64,000 nucleotides of DNA from an uncultured bacterium (GTDB taxonomy: Bacteria; Armatimonadota; Hebobacteria; Hebobacterales; Hebobacteraceae): assembly GCA_964559435.1 (NCBI GenBank), contig CAZLHI010000004.1, positions 23,408-87,407 on the forward strand. The letters are read 5' to 3'. How positions within the stretch are numbered: the first letter of the stretch is position 1; the number at the start of each line of letters is the position of its first letter. Shown in pieces: positions 10,312 through 19,133 of the stretch. The translations under genes and the position numbers were made by a program. The notes under the pieces are model-generated. The model was given only the letters and a program-made list of their open reading frames with translations, was not told where the DNA came from and did no database searches.

Positions 10312-11238
10312 TCAGCGCTCAGTCTCCTCTCTCGTGTCACTGATTCGCGAGCCGAGACCGACGTCAGTTGCCGGACGCACAGCAGCGCCAGCCTGTGCGA
10401 TGACGATTGCGGCCACAATCAACGCTCCGCCCAGCGCTCCCCGTAAGCCGAGAACCTGGCCCTGTATGAGCCACGCGAACAGCGCAGCGAACAGGGGCTC
10501 GGCGGCGAAGATCACGGCGACATGTGTGGCGCTCGTTCGCCGCTGCGCCCACATCTGCACCGCGAAGGCGAGGGCTGTGGCGAGAACTCCGGTCACCGCC
10601 AGGGCCGCAACCGTCCACGCAGTCAGGACGAGACGCGGCTTCTCGAGAAAGGCCCCGAGCGCGGAGCAGATTAGCGCGGTCGTCACGATCTGAGCGAGAG
10701 CAAGCGGAACTGGATCATGGTGGCGCGCCACCCGCTCGGTCGTCACGATGTGGAGTGCGAATGCGAGGGCGCACCCGAGCGTGAGCACGTCACCTCTGTT
10801 CAGCCCCCCTGCATCTGGCGATGTCAGAGCATAGAGTCCTCCCCCGGCGAGCAGCACTGCCCCAACCGACGTTGAGCGCGGTCGCCTACGTGAGACAGCG
10901 ACCGACAGCAAGGGAGTGAGCACGACGCTCAGGCCGGTTATAAAGGCGGACTTCGAGGCCGTCGTGAAGAGAAGCCCCACCGTCTGCAGACCGTAGCCGG
11001 CCGTCAGCCACACGCCAATCAGGACGCCCGCGGCGACAGTGCGCCGGGTCAGACGGAAGGCGCGCCTCGGGAACACGAGCGCCAGCGCCGCAGCGGCGAT
11101 GAGAAAGCGGGCCGTGAGGAAGGCGAACGGCGTCGCGGAGTCGAGCGCCCGCTGAACTGCAGTGAAGGTCAACCCCCAAACGGCGGCCACCGCCAGTAAG
11201 GACAAGTCGGCGCCGAGGGAGGTGCGCTCAGGTCGCAT
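10312..11238 (-). CDS. EamA/DMT-family drug/metabolite transporter.
   Basis: About 10 TM helices in two repeated halves, typical of EamA domains (AFLTARF..., ...FAAEPLFAALFAWL). Confidence 0.8.
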   Translation of the reverse strand: MRPERTSLGADLSLLAVAAVWGLTFTAVQRALDSATPFAFLTARFLIAAAALALVFPRRAFRLTRRTVAAGVLIGVWLTAGYGLQTVGLLFTTASKSAFITGLSVVLTPLLSVAVSRRRPRSTSVGAVLLAGGGLYALTSPDAGGLNRGDVLTLGCALAFALHIVTTERVARHHDPVPLALAQIVTTALICSALGAFLEKPRLVLTAWTVAALAVTGVLATALAFAVQMWAQRRTSATHVAVIFAAEPLFAALFAWLIQGQVLGLRGALGGALIVAAIVIAQAGAAVRPATDVGLGSRISDTREETER

Positions 11239-11387
11239 GCCTACGCATCTTCACCGCGCTCAGACGCGCCTCCTTCGGAAGACGTTCGCGGAGAAAGGTA
11301 GAGGCGGGCTGGGTGGCGAACGAGCCGCGAGCGGCTCCAGTGAGACGTCTCCGGCCGGCGTCTCTCCACATGCCGCCGGGGGTTCTC

Positions 11388-13292
11388 ATGGCACGTCTCC
11401 GTGTAGCTGCATGTTGGGCTGCCGCATTCCTCTCATGTCTGGCGGCTTGCGCCCCGGCCGCCGAGGGCGGCCGCCAGCCGCCCTCCCTGTCGGTCGAGGT
11501 CGATCCACGTATCGAGCTCATCAGCACAGTCTTCCACCTCGCCGGCAACCCCGAGTACAACATGGGCCGTCTGGCGGGTTACGAGCGCCGCGTCGAGCGG
11601 CACTTCGAGTCGGTCCGAGACCACCCGGCCGTCACCATGGCGCGGCGCCTGCGCGCCGAGCACGGAATATCGTACGACGCGCCGATGAGCCTGGCCGTGC
11701 ATCTCTCCGACGACCGCACGCTTCAGTTGCGGGTGCCGCTGGACCCATGGCCTGCCGGGCTCGACTCGCGCTGGCAGCCGGAGGATGTGACGGAGTTCCT
11801 CGACAAGCTCCGCAGCTTCGCCGACGAAAGCGACTTCTGGGAGTTCTTCGATGCCCACAAGGGGCTGCATCGACGTGCGGTCGTAGAGATGGAGGCCGTG
11901 CTAGCTGATGCTGTAGATCTCGACTGGTTTGAGAGTTTCTTTGGCGAAAGTCGGCGAGGCGAGTTCCGCTTGGTCCTGAGCATGCTGAATGGTCCGTGCA
12001 ACTATGGGCCCAGATTCAGCGGCGACTCCGGCTGCGAGATCTACTGCATCTGCGGCGTATCGGGTGGCGACGAGCATGGCGCTCCGGCGTTCGACAGACG
12101 CGTTATCTCCACGATAGTCCACGAGTTCAGTCATTCCTACGCCAACCCGGTTGCCGACCGACACGCCGCTGAACTAGAGGAGCCGGCCAAGAAGGTCTTC
12201 GCTCGAGTCGAGGCCGAGATGCGACGGAACGCCTACGGCAGTTGGGAAACGATGACGCGCGAATCCCTCGTGCGAGCGAGCGTCGTGCGCTATCTCGCCG
12301 CGCACGAGGGCGAAGCCCCAGCGAAGCGACAGATCGACGAAGACGTCGCCAAGGGGTTCCTGTGGATTGAGTCCCTGTCGGAGCTCCTCGAAGAGTACGA
12401 GAGCAAGCGCGACACGTATCCGACTCTTGACTCCTTCGCGCCGCGTCTCATTGCGTTCTTCAAGGACTACGTGGAGCCGAGGAAGCCAGAGCCGCCACCC
12501 ACCATCCCGCCGGCGGTGGTCCGCAAGGTTCTCGTGTCGGGCATCCTGATGATCGTCGTCGGGATGGCCAGCGTGGTCGCGGTCCGCCTCAGGTGGGCTG
12601 TCCCGATGCGATGGTTCTTCGCCGGCGCGGCCGTCTGGGTCGTGGGCGTGGCGCTAAAATCAGCCTGGGCACTGGGTCCCCATGAGTCAGTCCTGGCGTT
12701 TCTGCAGCACTCCGTGCCGCGCCCCGGATATCTGATTGCGGGATCGATCTATGAGGGTGTGTTGACTGGGGTCTTCGAGATCGGAATCACGCTGGCCGCA
12801 GCACTCATCTGGCGGGGCTTATCGCGGACTGCGGCCCGGGCAATCGCTGTGGGCGTCGGCGCGGGCGCAATCGAGGCCATGCTGTTAGGCGCGGGGGCGA
12901 CCGCAGCGGCGCTCGCGCTGATGCTGAACATCCCGGAGATGGAGGACATCAGGGAAGGGCTGGCCACTATCGGCCCAACTTCGGCGCTATGGCTCATCGG
13001 GCCGGTCGAGCGGGTGATCGCGATCATCTGCCACACGGGCTCCCGCGTGCTCGTGCTGCTGGCCATCGCCAGAAGTCGATGGTTGCTGTTCTGGTATGGC
13101 TTCCTGATCTTGACCGGCATCGATACGATTGCCGGCTACGTGCACCTCGGCGGATTCGTGGGGAGCGTAAATCTCTGGTGGGTGGAGCTGGCGCTGCTGC
13201 CCTTCGCCCTGCTCAGCCTGGGCGCCCTCCGTTGGTGTGTGAGGACCTGGCCGCAGCCAGAGGAGGCCGCGACGTCGGAGCAGGCGGCCTAG
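11388..13292 (+). CDS. Lipoprotein with a zincin-like HExxH extracytoplasmic domain (possibly DUF4932-like) fused to a C-terminal polytopic membrane domain (about 8 TM, possibly YhfC-like).
   Basis: The start was chosen at MARLRVAACWAAAFLSCLAAC (lipobox L-A-A-C). The motif HEFSHSY lies in a soluble ~350-aa domain, with an ExxE about 20 aa downstream. Residues ~390-635 form multiple hydrophobic helices containing conserved E/H residues (SIYEGVLTGVFEIG, GPVERVIAIICHTGS). The family assignment of both halves is from memory and is uncertain. Confidence 0.65.
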   Translation: MARLRVAACWAAAFLSCLAACAPAAEGGRQPPSLSVEVDPRIELISTVFHLAGNPEYNMGRLAGYERRVERHFESVRDHPAVTMARRLRAEHGISYDAPMSLAVHLSDDRTLQLRVPLDPWPAGLDSRWQPEDVTEFLDKLRSFADESDFWEFFDAHKGLHRRAVVEMEAVLADAVDLDWFESFFGESRRGEFRLVLSMLNGPCNYGPRFSGDSGCEIYCICGVSGGDEHGAPAFDRRVISTIVHEFSHSYANPVADRHAAELEEPAKKVFARVEAEMRRNAYGSWETMTRESLVRASVVRYLAAHEGEAPAKRQIDEDVAKGFLWIESLSELLEEYESKRDTYPTLDSFAPRLIAFFKDYVEPRKPEPPPTIPPAVVRKVLVSGILMIVVGMASVVAVRLRWAVPMRWFFAGAAVWVVGVALKSAWALGPHESVLAFLQHSVPRPGYLIAGSIYEGVLTGVFEIGITLAAALIWRGLSRTAARAIAVGVGAGAIEAMLLGAGATAAALALMLNIPEMEDIREGLATIGPTSALWLIGPVERVIAIICHTGSRVLVLLAIARSRWLLFWYGFLILTGIDTIAGYVHLGGFVGSVNLWWVELALLPFALLSLGALRWCVRTWPQPEEAATSEQAA

Positions 13293-13354
13293 CTGGCGAG
13301 CTCCTGCAGGGATGGCATCGTCGGAGCGGAACTAGCAAGCCAGCGACATTGCCC

Positions 13355-14299
13355 ATGCAACGGGAATCCGCGGCTCATCGAGTTTCACTGCTGCTCCTAT
13401 ATCTCGGCCTCGGACTGATCAGCGCCCTCGTCTGGGTACGTATCGCCAACCTGCCGGAACTGCCCTCGTGGCATGTGGATATGATCACTGGTTCGGCCCC
13501 GGCCCCGAACCAGTACCGGCCGCTGACGCCGTGGCTGGCGGAGGGGCTGCGACAGGTCCTTCCCGGCCGCCACCTCTTTCTCGCGTACATGCTCTTGCGC
13601 GCTCTCCTGACGGGACTCGCCCTGTTCTTCTTTGACCGGTACATGCGCGTCTGGTTCAGACCGGGAGCAGCCGCGGCCGGCGCACTCATGCTGGCAGCGA
13701 TCATCCCCTTCACGTACCTCCATGTCGTCCAGGAGAGCGACCCGCTCAACCTGCTGGTGTTCGTGCTGGCCTTCTGGGCCATGGCGGTGGACCGCGATTC
13801 AGTGCTCCTGCCACTCGTAGCCGTCGGCACCCTCAATCGGGAGACGACCGCACTGATACCGGCGGTCTACCTGCTTGCGCGGTGGGGACAGCGCCCGGCA
13901 AGGGAAGCGGCCGGCCGCGCGGTGGCTCTCGGCCTCGCCTGGGCGGCGGTGTACTTCGGTTTGCTTGCCGCGTACGGTAGGCGGCCCTACTACTGTGACG
14001 TCATCATGTGGGACCTCAACGTTGCCTCTTGGGGACCTACGATCTCGGTATTCCTCGTCTTCGGCGTGCTGTGGGTGCTGGTTGTGATCGGGGCTCGCGA
14101 GGGCCCGCTTCTCCTGAGGCGCGCGCTGTGGCTGCTGCCGGTGTATGTGGCATTGCATTACGTTGTCGCTATGGTGAACGAGGTCAGGCTGTTCCTGCCA
14201 TATGCGCCTGTCGTGATCCCACTGAGTTGGTGGTGGCTCTTCCCCGAGTCCAGGGAACAGCCTCCGCAAGGCCGCAGCGACAGCCGGCGAGCCAGGTGA
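13355..14299 (+). CDS. Polytopic integral membrane protein, hypothetical (about 8-9 TM).
   Basis: The start was chosen at MQRESAAHRVSLLLLYLGLG (ATG 13355), because the track ORF from 12989 overlaps the preceding gene. No family recognised. Confidence 0.55.
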   Translation: MQRESAAHRVSLLLLYLGLGLISALVWVRIANLPELPSWHVDMITGSAPAPNQYRPLTPWLAEGLRQVLPGRHLFLAYMLLRALLTGLALFFFDRYMRVWFRPGAAAAGALMLAAIIPFTYLHVVQESDPLNLLVFVLAFWAMAVDRDSVLLPLVAVGTLNRETTALIPAVYLLARWGQRPAREAAGRAVALGLAWAAVYFGLLAAYGRRPYYCDVIMWDLNVASWGPTISVFLVFGVLWVLVVIGAREGPLLLRRALWLLPVYVALHYVVAMVNEVRLFLPYAPVVIPLSWWWLFPESREQPPQGRSDSRRAR

Positions 14300-14867
14300 T
14301 GCTGCTCGGCCCCGCTGCAGATAGGGGGGATGTCCTGACTGTTCGCGGCGCAGCACCCGTTCGCCAGCGGCGCGCTCCGGCAGGAACACACGCCCGTGCC
14401 GCAAGACATCCATTGAGAGCGGCCCCTTCTGTCGCCTCGTGCCCGAATTGGCCCCGCAGTCTCGGAAAGGCAATTCACCGCATGGCAGAAGTACATGCAG
14501 GGATGGCGTTTCAGTCAGCAGTCGAATAGTCCTGACTCTCCTCCGCCTTGGCGGTTGAGGAGTAATGCCGTAACTCGTGGCCGGCAGCCGGCATTATAGG
14601 CAGATGTCAATCAGGCGGATCTCCCGCAGGCGAGTGGCGATAGACCGCAGAGACAAGCCCGGTGAGGTCGGATAGACTCCGCGCTCCCTTGCCGCGCTGG
14701 AAGGGGCGAGTGTGATTGCTGAGACGCGCAGCAGCGCCCGTCCTTGTCGAACTGCGGAAAAAAGAAAGTGGTACCTGCAGCAACTGGTCGGAGGGAGGAG
14801 TGACAGAAGTCAGAGCACTCGGGCCGACACCTCACGAGTAACGAGATCAACTTAGAGGAGGTCGACG

Positions 14868-15104
14868 GTGAACAAGTCTGTGCCAACATTGTTGGGGATC
14901 GTGATTATCCTGCTGGTCGTAGTCCTCGTAATAGTGATATTCAACTATAGGCTGACGCAGCGACAGGCCCACCTGTCGCCTGCGCTCAGCGGCACTCGCG
15001 CAGGAGAGAGGACCCGTGAAATCAGTGGCCCGCGGTCGGAGAAGGAAGGGGTCGGCCCGGCCCGATCAGAGCAGCAAGAAGAAGTCGAGGAGAGAAGCGA
15101 CTAA
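14868..15104 (+). CDS. Small single-TM protein with a charged C-terminal tail, hypothetical.
   Basis: GTG start 7 nt after a strong GAGGAGG RBS. The TM helix is LLGIVIILLVVVLVIVIF. Codon usage is atypically AT-rich at third positions (ata, gta, ttg, aca) for this genome, so the ORF is either foreign or not real. Confidence 0.35.
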   Translation: MNKSVPTLLGIVIILLVVVLVIVIFNYRLTQRQAHLSPALSGTRAGERTREISGPRSEKEGVGPARSEQQEEVEERSD

Positions 15105-15213
15105 CGCGCGGCCCCTCCGTTGCACAAGTCAGCCTCATAGTTGGTGGAGAGGCGCGGCGCGCGCCGGCCCTCTCACTTCTGTGGGCCAGAAGCTTCGCCC
15201 GCCTCGGGGCAGC

Positions 15214-15369
15214 TAGCAGCTGCAGGAGCGTCGGTGCGGGGCACAAGAGAAGAACAGCCCTGGAGCGAGGTCGAAATCGCTTCCAGAGCTGCCTCGGCGG
15301 TGGTTTACGCTGATTGAGTTGTTGGTGGTGACCGCCGGTCTCTTATACCACACTTGCACCTCGCTGTGA
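15214..15369 (+). pseudogene. Start-less remnant of a prepilin-type (DUF1559-family) N-terminus.
   Basis: My own translation of the frame from the stop at 15214 gives ...LPELPRRWFTLIELLVVTAGLLYHTCTSL*. The DNA tttacgctgattgagttgttggtggtgaccgc is about 27/32 identical to the N-terminal coding DNA of the 16791..17837 paralog (tttacactgattgagctgttggtcgtcatcgc). There is no in-frame start and no downstream body. Confidence 0.4.
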
Positions 15370-15771
15370 CATACGTATGTACCAGTAGCGCCCCAAGACC
15401 CCCGGTATGTGTCCGGAATCTGCCACACTCGGATTGTTCGCTCCCGCGGTCGGCCGACAGGTCCTCAGGGGGTTCACAATGGAACTTTGCCATTCTGTTC
15501 ACCATACGTACACATCTGCGACGAATCATATAGGTGGAAAAGACTGACAGCTCCATCAGAGTGGACCGCCTCGGCCGCCCGGCGCCCCCGCCGGGCGGCT
15601 CCGCCTTTGCGGGTGGTCTGGGCCGCCGGATCGCCCGGATGGACCGACCTCGTGTCCGGCGAGGCCCTCCCGCCGAGGCGCAAGGACGGTGCCGGGCGCC
15701 GCCGAAGAGAAGATTGAGGCAGGCGAGCCTATCCGGAACGGCGGCCTGCCGACGCTTCGGGTGGAGTTGTT

Positions 15772-16677
15772 ATGGAGCAAGCGACTCGCAGGGCTCGGTT
15801 TGGCGTCGATTCGGTAAGACGCGCGAAGCTCTACGACTTCCAGTTGTCCCCGGCAACACCCTTGTATGCTGACAGCAATCTCTTTCCCGAGGAGACACCA
15901 TTGGAGATCGAGGTGCACGCGGGCATCGAGGTGGGAGTCCTGCTCGCCGGCTCAGAGGAGCACCAGCTCGACGATTGGGTGTGCCGCGTGGTACCCGGAG
16001 ACGTCTGGCTCACCGCCACCTCGGAGCCGCATGGATGGCGGGTCGCAGCACCGAACACCGAGGACGTGATCCTCATCTTCCTGCCCGAGTTCCTAGGGGA
16101 AGAACAGCTCGGCAACTATTCCTGGCTCGATCTTTTTGCGCTTCCGGCCAACCAGAGGCCGCGAGTGACGACGCCCGAGATGCGAGAGCGCGTGATGGCA
16201 TTGGGGCATGAGCTCCGGCGCGAGGTAGAGGAGCGGCGACCCGGCTGGGAGAGTGCGGTGCGGCTCGGTCTGCTCAGCCTGCTGCTGACGCTGAGCCGCG
16301 AGTGGGAGCCTCCGGCCCAGTCGAGCGTGCGATCTCGCGTCCGGGCGAGCAGCCTTGCTCGGATCATGCCGGCGCTCAACCTAGTTCAGTCGCGCCCGGC
16401 GAGGCGAGTAGCGGTGGCCGAGGCGGCGAGGGCCTGTGGGCTCAGTCGAGCGCAGTTCTGCCTGATCTTCCAGCATGCAGTGGGGATGAGCTTCGGCCGC
16501 TTCTGTCGCCGCTCTCGACTAGGCTATGCGGCGGAGCTTCTGCTTTCCACCGACCTGACGATGGGTGCGATCGCCCAACGTGCGGGCTTCTCGGACAGCA
16601 GCCACATGCACCGCTCGTTCAGCCGCCACTACGGCTGCACGCCGGGGCAGTACAGAGCGCAGAACCGACCCGAGTAG
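15772..16677 (+). CDS. AraC-family transcriptional regulator (N-terminal cupin-like sensing domain plus C-terminal dual HTH). Paralog 1.
   Basis: The C-terminus has the AraC HTH signature ...AAELLLSTDLTMGAIAQRAGFSDSSHMHRSFSRHYGCTPGQYR. RBS GGTGGAG precedes the ATG. It is about 60% identical to the 18214..19119 product. Confidence 0.85.
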   Translation: MEQATRRARFGVDSVRRAKLYDFQLSPATPLYADSNLFPEETPLEIEVHAGIEVGVLLAGSEEHQLDDWVCRVVPGDVWLTATSEPHGWRVAAPNTEDVILIFLPEFLGEEQLGNYSWLDLFALPANQRPRVTTPEMRERVMALGHELRREVEERRPGWESAVRLGLLSLLLTLSREWEPPAQSSVRSRVRASSLARIMPALNLVQSRPARRVAVAEAARACGLSRAQFCLIFQHAVGMSFGRFCRRSRLGYAAELLLSTDLTMGAIAQRAGFSDSSHMHRSFSRHYGCTPGQYRAQNRPE

Positions 16678-16790
16678 CCGCCAGGGATAGTCGCAGAAGA
16701 CGCCATAAGCAGGCGGAGCGCCCGGCCGGGCGCTCCGCTCAACATTCCACCAAGAACGTCTATCTTGCTAGCGCAAGATCTGAACCAGTA

Positions 16791-17837
16791 CTAGTAGAGG
16801 AGCCAGTCGTTGTCGGCCAGGTAGCCCTCGCTCCAGTCGTCGGCCCTGGTCGGTCCCCAGCTAGAAATACCTGTCAGATCCCCCTCGGCGACCTTGTTGA
16901 TCAGGCCTTCCGAGTTGATCCAGGATGCATGCCCGTCGAGGAAGCCGAGGTTGACGCCGCCCAGGTGCCGCGAATACGGCTTGCGTAGATTCGGGTCCTT
17001 CAGGAAGGAGCCGTTGTTCGGCGCCATCAGATACAGCCCGCAGTCGGCCGCCCACGTGCAGATGTCCCAGTCCTGCCAGCCACAGCACGGGTTGCTGCAC
17101 TCCAGTGTGCAGAGGTCTGGATAGGCGGCAAGGCCCACGTTATTGTCCTCAGCGGAGGCGCCAGCATCACCGCAGATGACGTGGTTGACCGGGTCCGGGA
17201 CCTGCACCAGCTTCAGGCCACCCATCCACTGGGTGCCAATGGTCTGGACGAAGGCCTTGTTGACAGCATCCCCGCCATACTCGGCCACGGCGAGCCGGCG
17301 CTGCAGGTACGAGTCTGTGACCTCGCCGCCCCATCCTGGCGGCCAGGACCAGAAGCAGGGGCCAGCGATCCATGTATCGGCATCGGAGGCGCCGGGTCCC
17401 CATTCGGCGTCATAGGCCTGCAGGTAGGTGAACCAGTCAGGCCCGGGCACGATCCAGCTGGCGCCCCCTTCCATCCTGCCACTGGGGCAGCGCCAGACGT
17501 CACGGTTCTTCACGTACTCGTCGAAGATCACCGGATGTCGGAGGTAGGGGTTGCTCTGGAACACACACCAGTCGTCGTAGTCGTCCGGGGCCTTGGTCTC
17601 GTAGTAGTCGTGAATCTCCTGCCTGGTTTCGGTGGGCGGCAGAACGTCGTTGTTGTCCGCCAGGTACATCTGGATTGCCAGCGCAATGTTCTTGACATTG
17701 GACAGGCAGACAGCCTTGCGCGCGGACTCCCGCGCGCGGGCGAACACGGGAAAGACCATAGCGGCCAGGATCCCGATGATCGCGATGACGACCAACAGCT
17801 CAATCAGTGTAAATCCTCGTACTCTCCGCGTACTCAT
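16791..17837 (-). CDS. Prepilin-type N-terminal domain / DUF1559 / H-X9-DG family protein. Paralog 1.
   Basis: N-terminus MSTRRVRGFTLIELLVVIAIIGILAAMVFPVFARARESARKAVCLSNVKNIALA (DUF1559-type). C-terminal H-X9-DG motif HLGGVNLGFLDGH. The start was chosen at the ATG at 17837. Confidence 0.85.
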   Translation of the reverse strand: MSTRRVRGFTLIELLVVIAIIGILAAMVFPVFARARESARKAVCLSNVKNIALAIQMYLADNNDVLPPTETRQEIHDYYETKAPDDYDDWCVFQSNPYLRHPVIFDEYVKNRDVWRCPSGRMEGGASWIVPGPDWFTYLQAYDAEWGPGASDADTWIAGPCFWSWPPGWGGEVTDSYLQRRLAVAEYGGDAVNKAFVQTIGTQWMGGLKLVQVPDPVNHVICGDAGASAEDNNVGLAAYPDLCTLECSNPCCGWQDWDICTWAADCGLYLMAPNNGSFLKDPNLRKPYSRHLGGVNLGFLDGHASWINSEGLINKVAEGDLTGISSWGPTRADDWSEGYLADNDWLLY

Positions 17838-18176
17838 GAAGCTATTCCCCTTCCACACAGAGATTGGGGGCACAGCGTTTCCGAGATCTCGCGCCCCTCA
17901 CGGCACGAGGACGAGCCAGGATAGTCTCACCTCCTTTCAACATGCTTACTCATGGTACTCGCCGCAACGGCGATCCGGCGACCGAGCTGACGGAAACATG
18001 TCGGCCGGAGCCAGCCCCTGACTGCTCAACAGCCATCGCCATTTGCCACAGGCCTGCCGCTGCGGGCCCTTCATCAAGCATTCCGCCAGAAGGCCGGGAA
18101 ACCCTGCGGCGAGAAGCGCCCTTCCTTTTCGTAGTCTCCACTAGTGTAATTCTACGGGAATGGCCTTTCCTAGTCA

Positions 18177-18206
18177 TTGGACGGCCTGCTGAAAGTGTTG
18201 TAAAAT
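18177..18206 (+). promoter_or_regulatory. Putative sigma70-type promoter TTGGAC-18-TAAAAT ending 7 nt before the araC-paralog-2 ATG, which implies a leaderless or near-leaderless mRNA.
   Basis: TTGGAC at 18177-18182, an 18-nt spacer, TAAAAT at 18201-18206, ATG at 18214. There is no Shine-Dalgarno sequence between the -10 element and the ATG. Confidence 0.35.
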
Positions 18207-18213
18207 CGTCTGC

Positions 18214-19119
18214 ATGGAACAATACCCACCAGTTTCCGGTTTCGCCGTCGCTTCGGACGCTCCTGCCTTGCGTCTCGAGTACGGCCTGTCGCCAGATTCG
18301 CCGCTGTACGCTGACAGCAACGTCTTCGAGGGCGAGGTGCCGCTGGTCGTCCATGTGCACGAAGGCATAGAGTTCGGCATCCTGCTGTCCGGGGAGCAGG
18401 AGCGGCGCTTCGGAGAACTCGTCTGGGAGATTCGCCCAGGGGACGTGTGGCTGTGCGCGACCTGGGAGCCTCACGGCTACCGGATCATCGCGCCGGAAAG
18501 CACCGACGTCGTAGTGATGTTCCTGCCCGAGTTTCTTGGCGAGGAGAGGCTGGGAGAGCTTTCCTGGCTGAGCCTGTTCGCGGCTTCGCCCGCTCGCCGG
18601 CCGCGCGTCACTGAGGACGGCATGCGGGAGCAAATGCTGGCCGTCGGCCGGGAGATGCAGTGCGAAATCAGCGAGAAGCAGCCCGGCTGGCACAGCGCCG
18701 TTCGGCTTGATCTCCTGAGGGCCTTGCTGACGCTCAGCCGAGCCTGGGAGCCCCCGGCTCGGTCCGAAGCGCGGTCTCGAGTGCAGGCAAGCAACCTTCC
18801 CAGAATCATGCCTGCCCTCGTCTTGCTCCACTCGGAACGAGGTCGCCGCGTGGGGCTGGAGGAGGCGGCCAGAAAGTGTGGTCTCGGCAGGGCGCAGTTC
18901 TCCCTGGTGTTCCGGGATACCATGGGCGTGAGCTTCGGCAAGTTCTGCCTGCGATCACGCCTCGGGTTGGTGGCGGAGCTGCTTCTCTCTACGGACTTGC
19001 CCACTCAGTCAATCGCACAGAGAGCCGGCTTCGTGGATGGAAGCCACATGCACAGGGCCTTCGTAGCTCACTATGGATGCACGCCGGGCCAATACAGGGC
19101 CCAGAACCGGTCCGGCTGA
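18214..19119 (+). CDS. AraC-family transcriptional regulator. Paralog 2.
   Basis: Same architecture and C-terminal HTH as paralog 1 (AELLLSTDLPTQSIAQRAGFVDGSHMHRAFVAHYGCTPGQYR). Confidence 0.85.
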   Translation: MEQYPPVSGFAVASDAPALRLEYGLSPDSPLYADSNVFEGEVPLVVHVHEGIEFGILLSGEQERRFGELVWEIRPGDVWLCATWEPHGYRIIAPESTDVVVMFLPEFLGEERLGELSWLSLFAASPARRPRVTEDGMREQMLAVGREMQCEISEKQPGWHSAVRLDLLRALLTLSRAWEPPARSEARSRVQASNLPRIMPALVLLHSERGRRVGLEEAARKCGLGRAQFSLVFRDTMGVSFGKFCLRSRLGLVAELLLSTDLPTQSIAQRAGFVDGSHMHRAFVAHYGCTPGQYRAQNRSG

Positions 19120-19133
19120 GCGCGCGCTCCCTG

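Noticed and set aside
12989-13354. N-terminal 122-aa extension of the 13355..14299 ORF in the track
   Set aside because: It overlaps the 3' end of the preceding gene in another frame. The real start is most plausibly the ATG at 13355, just before the first TM helix.
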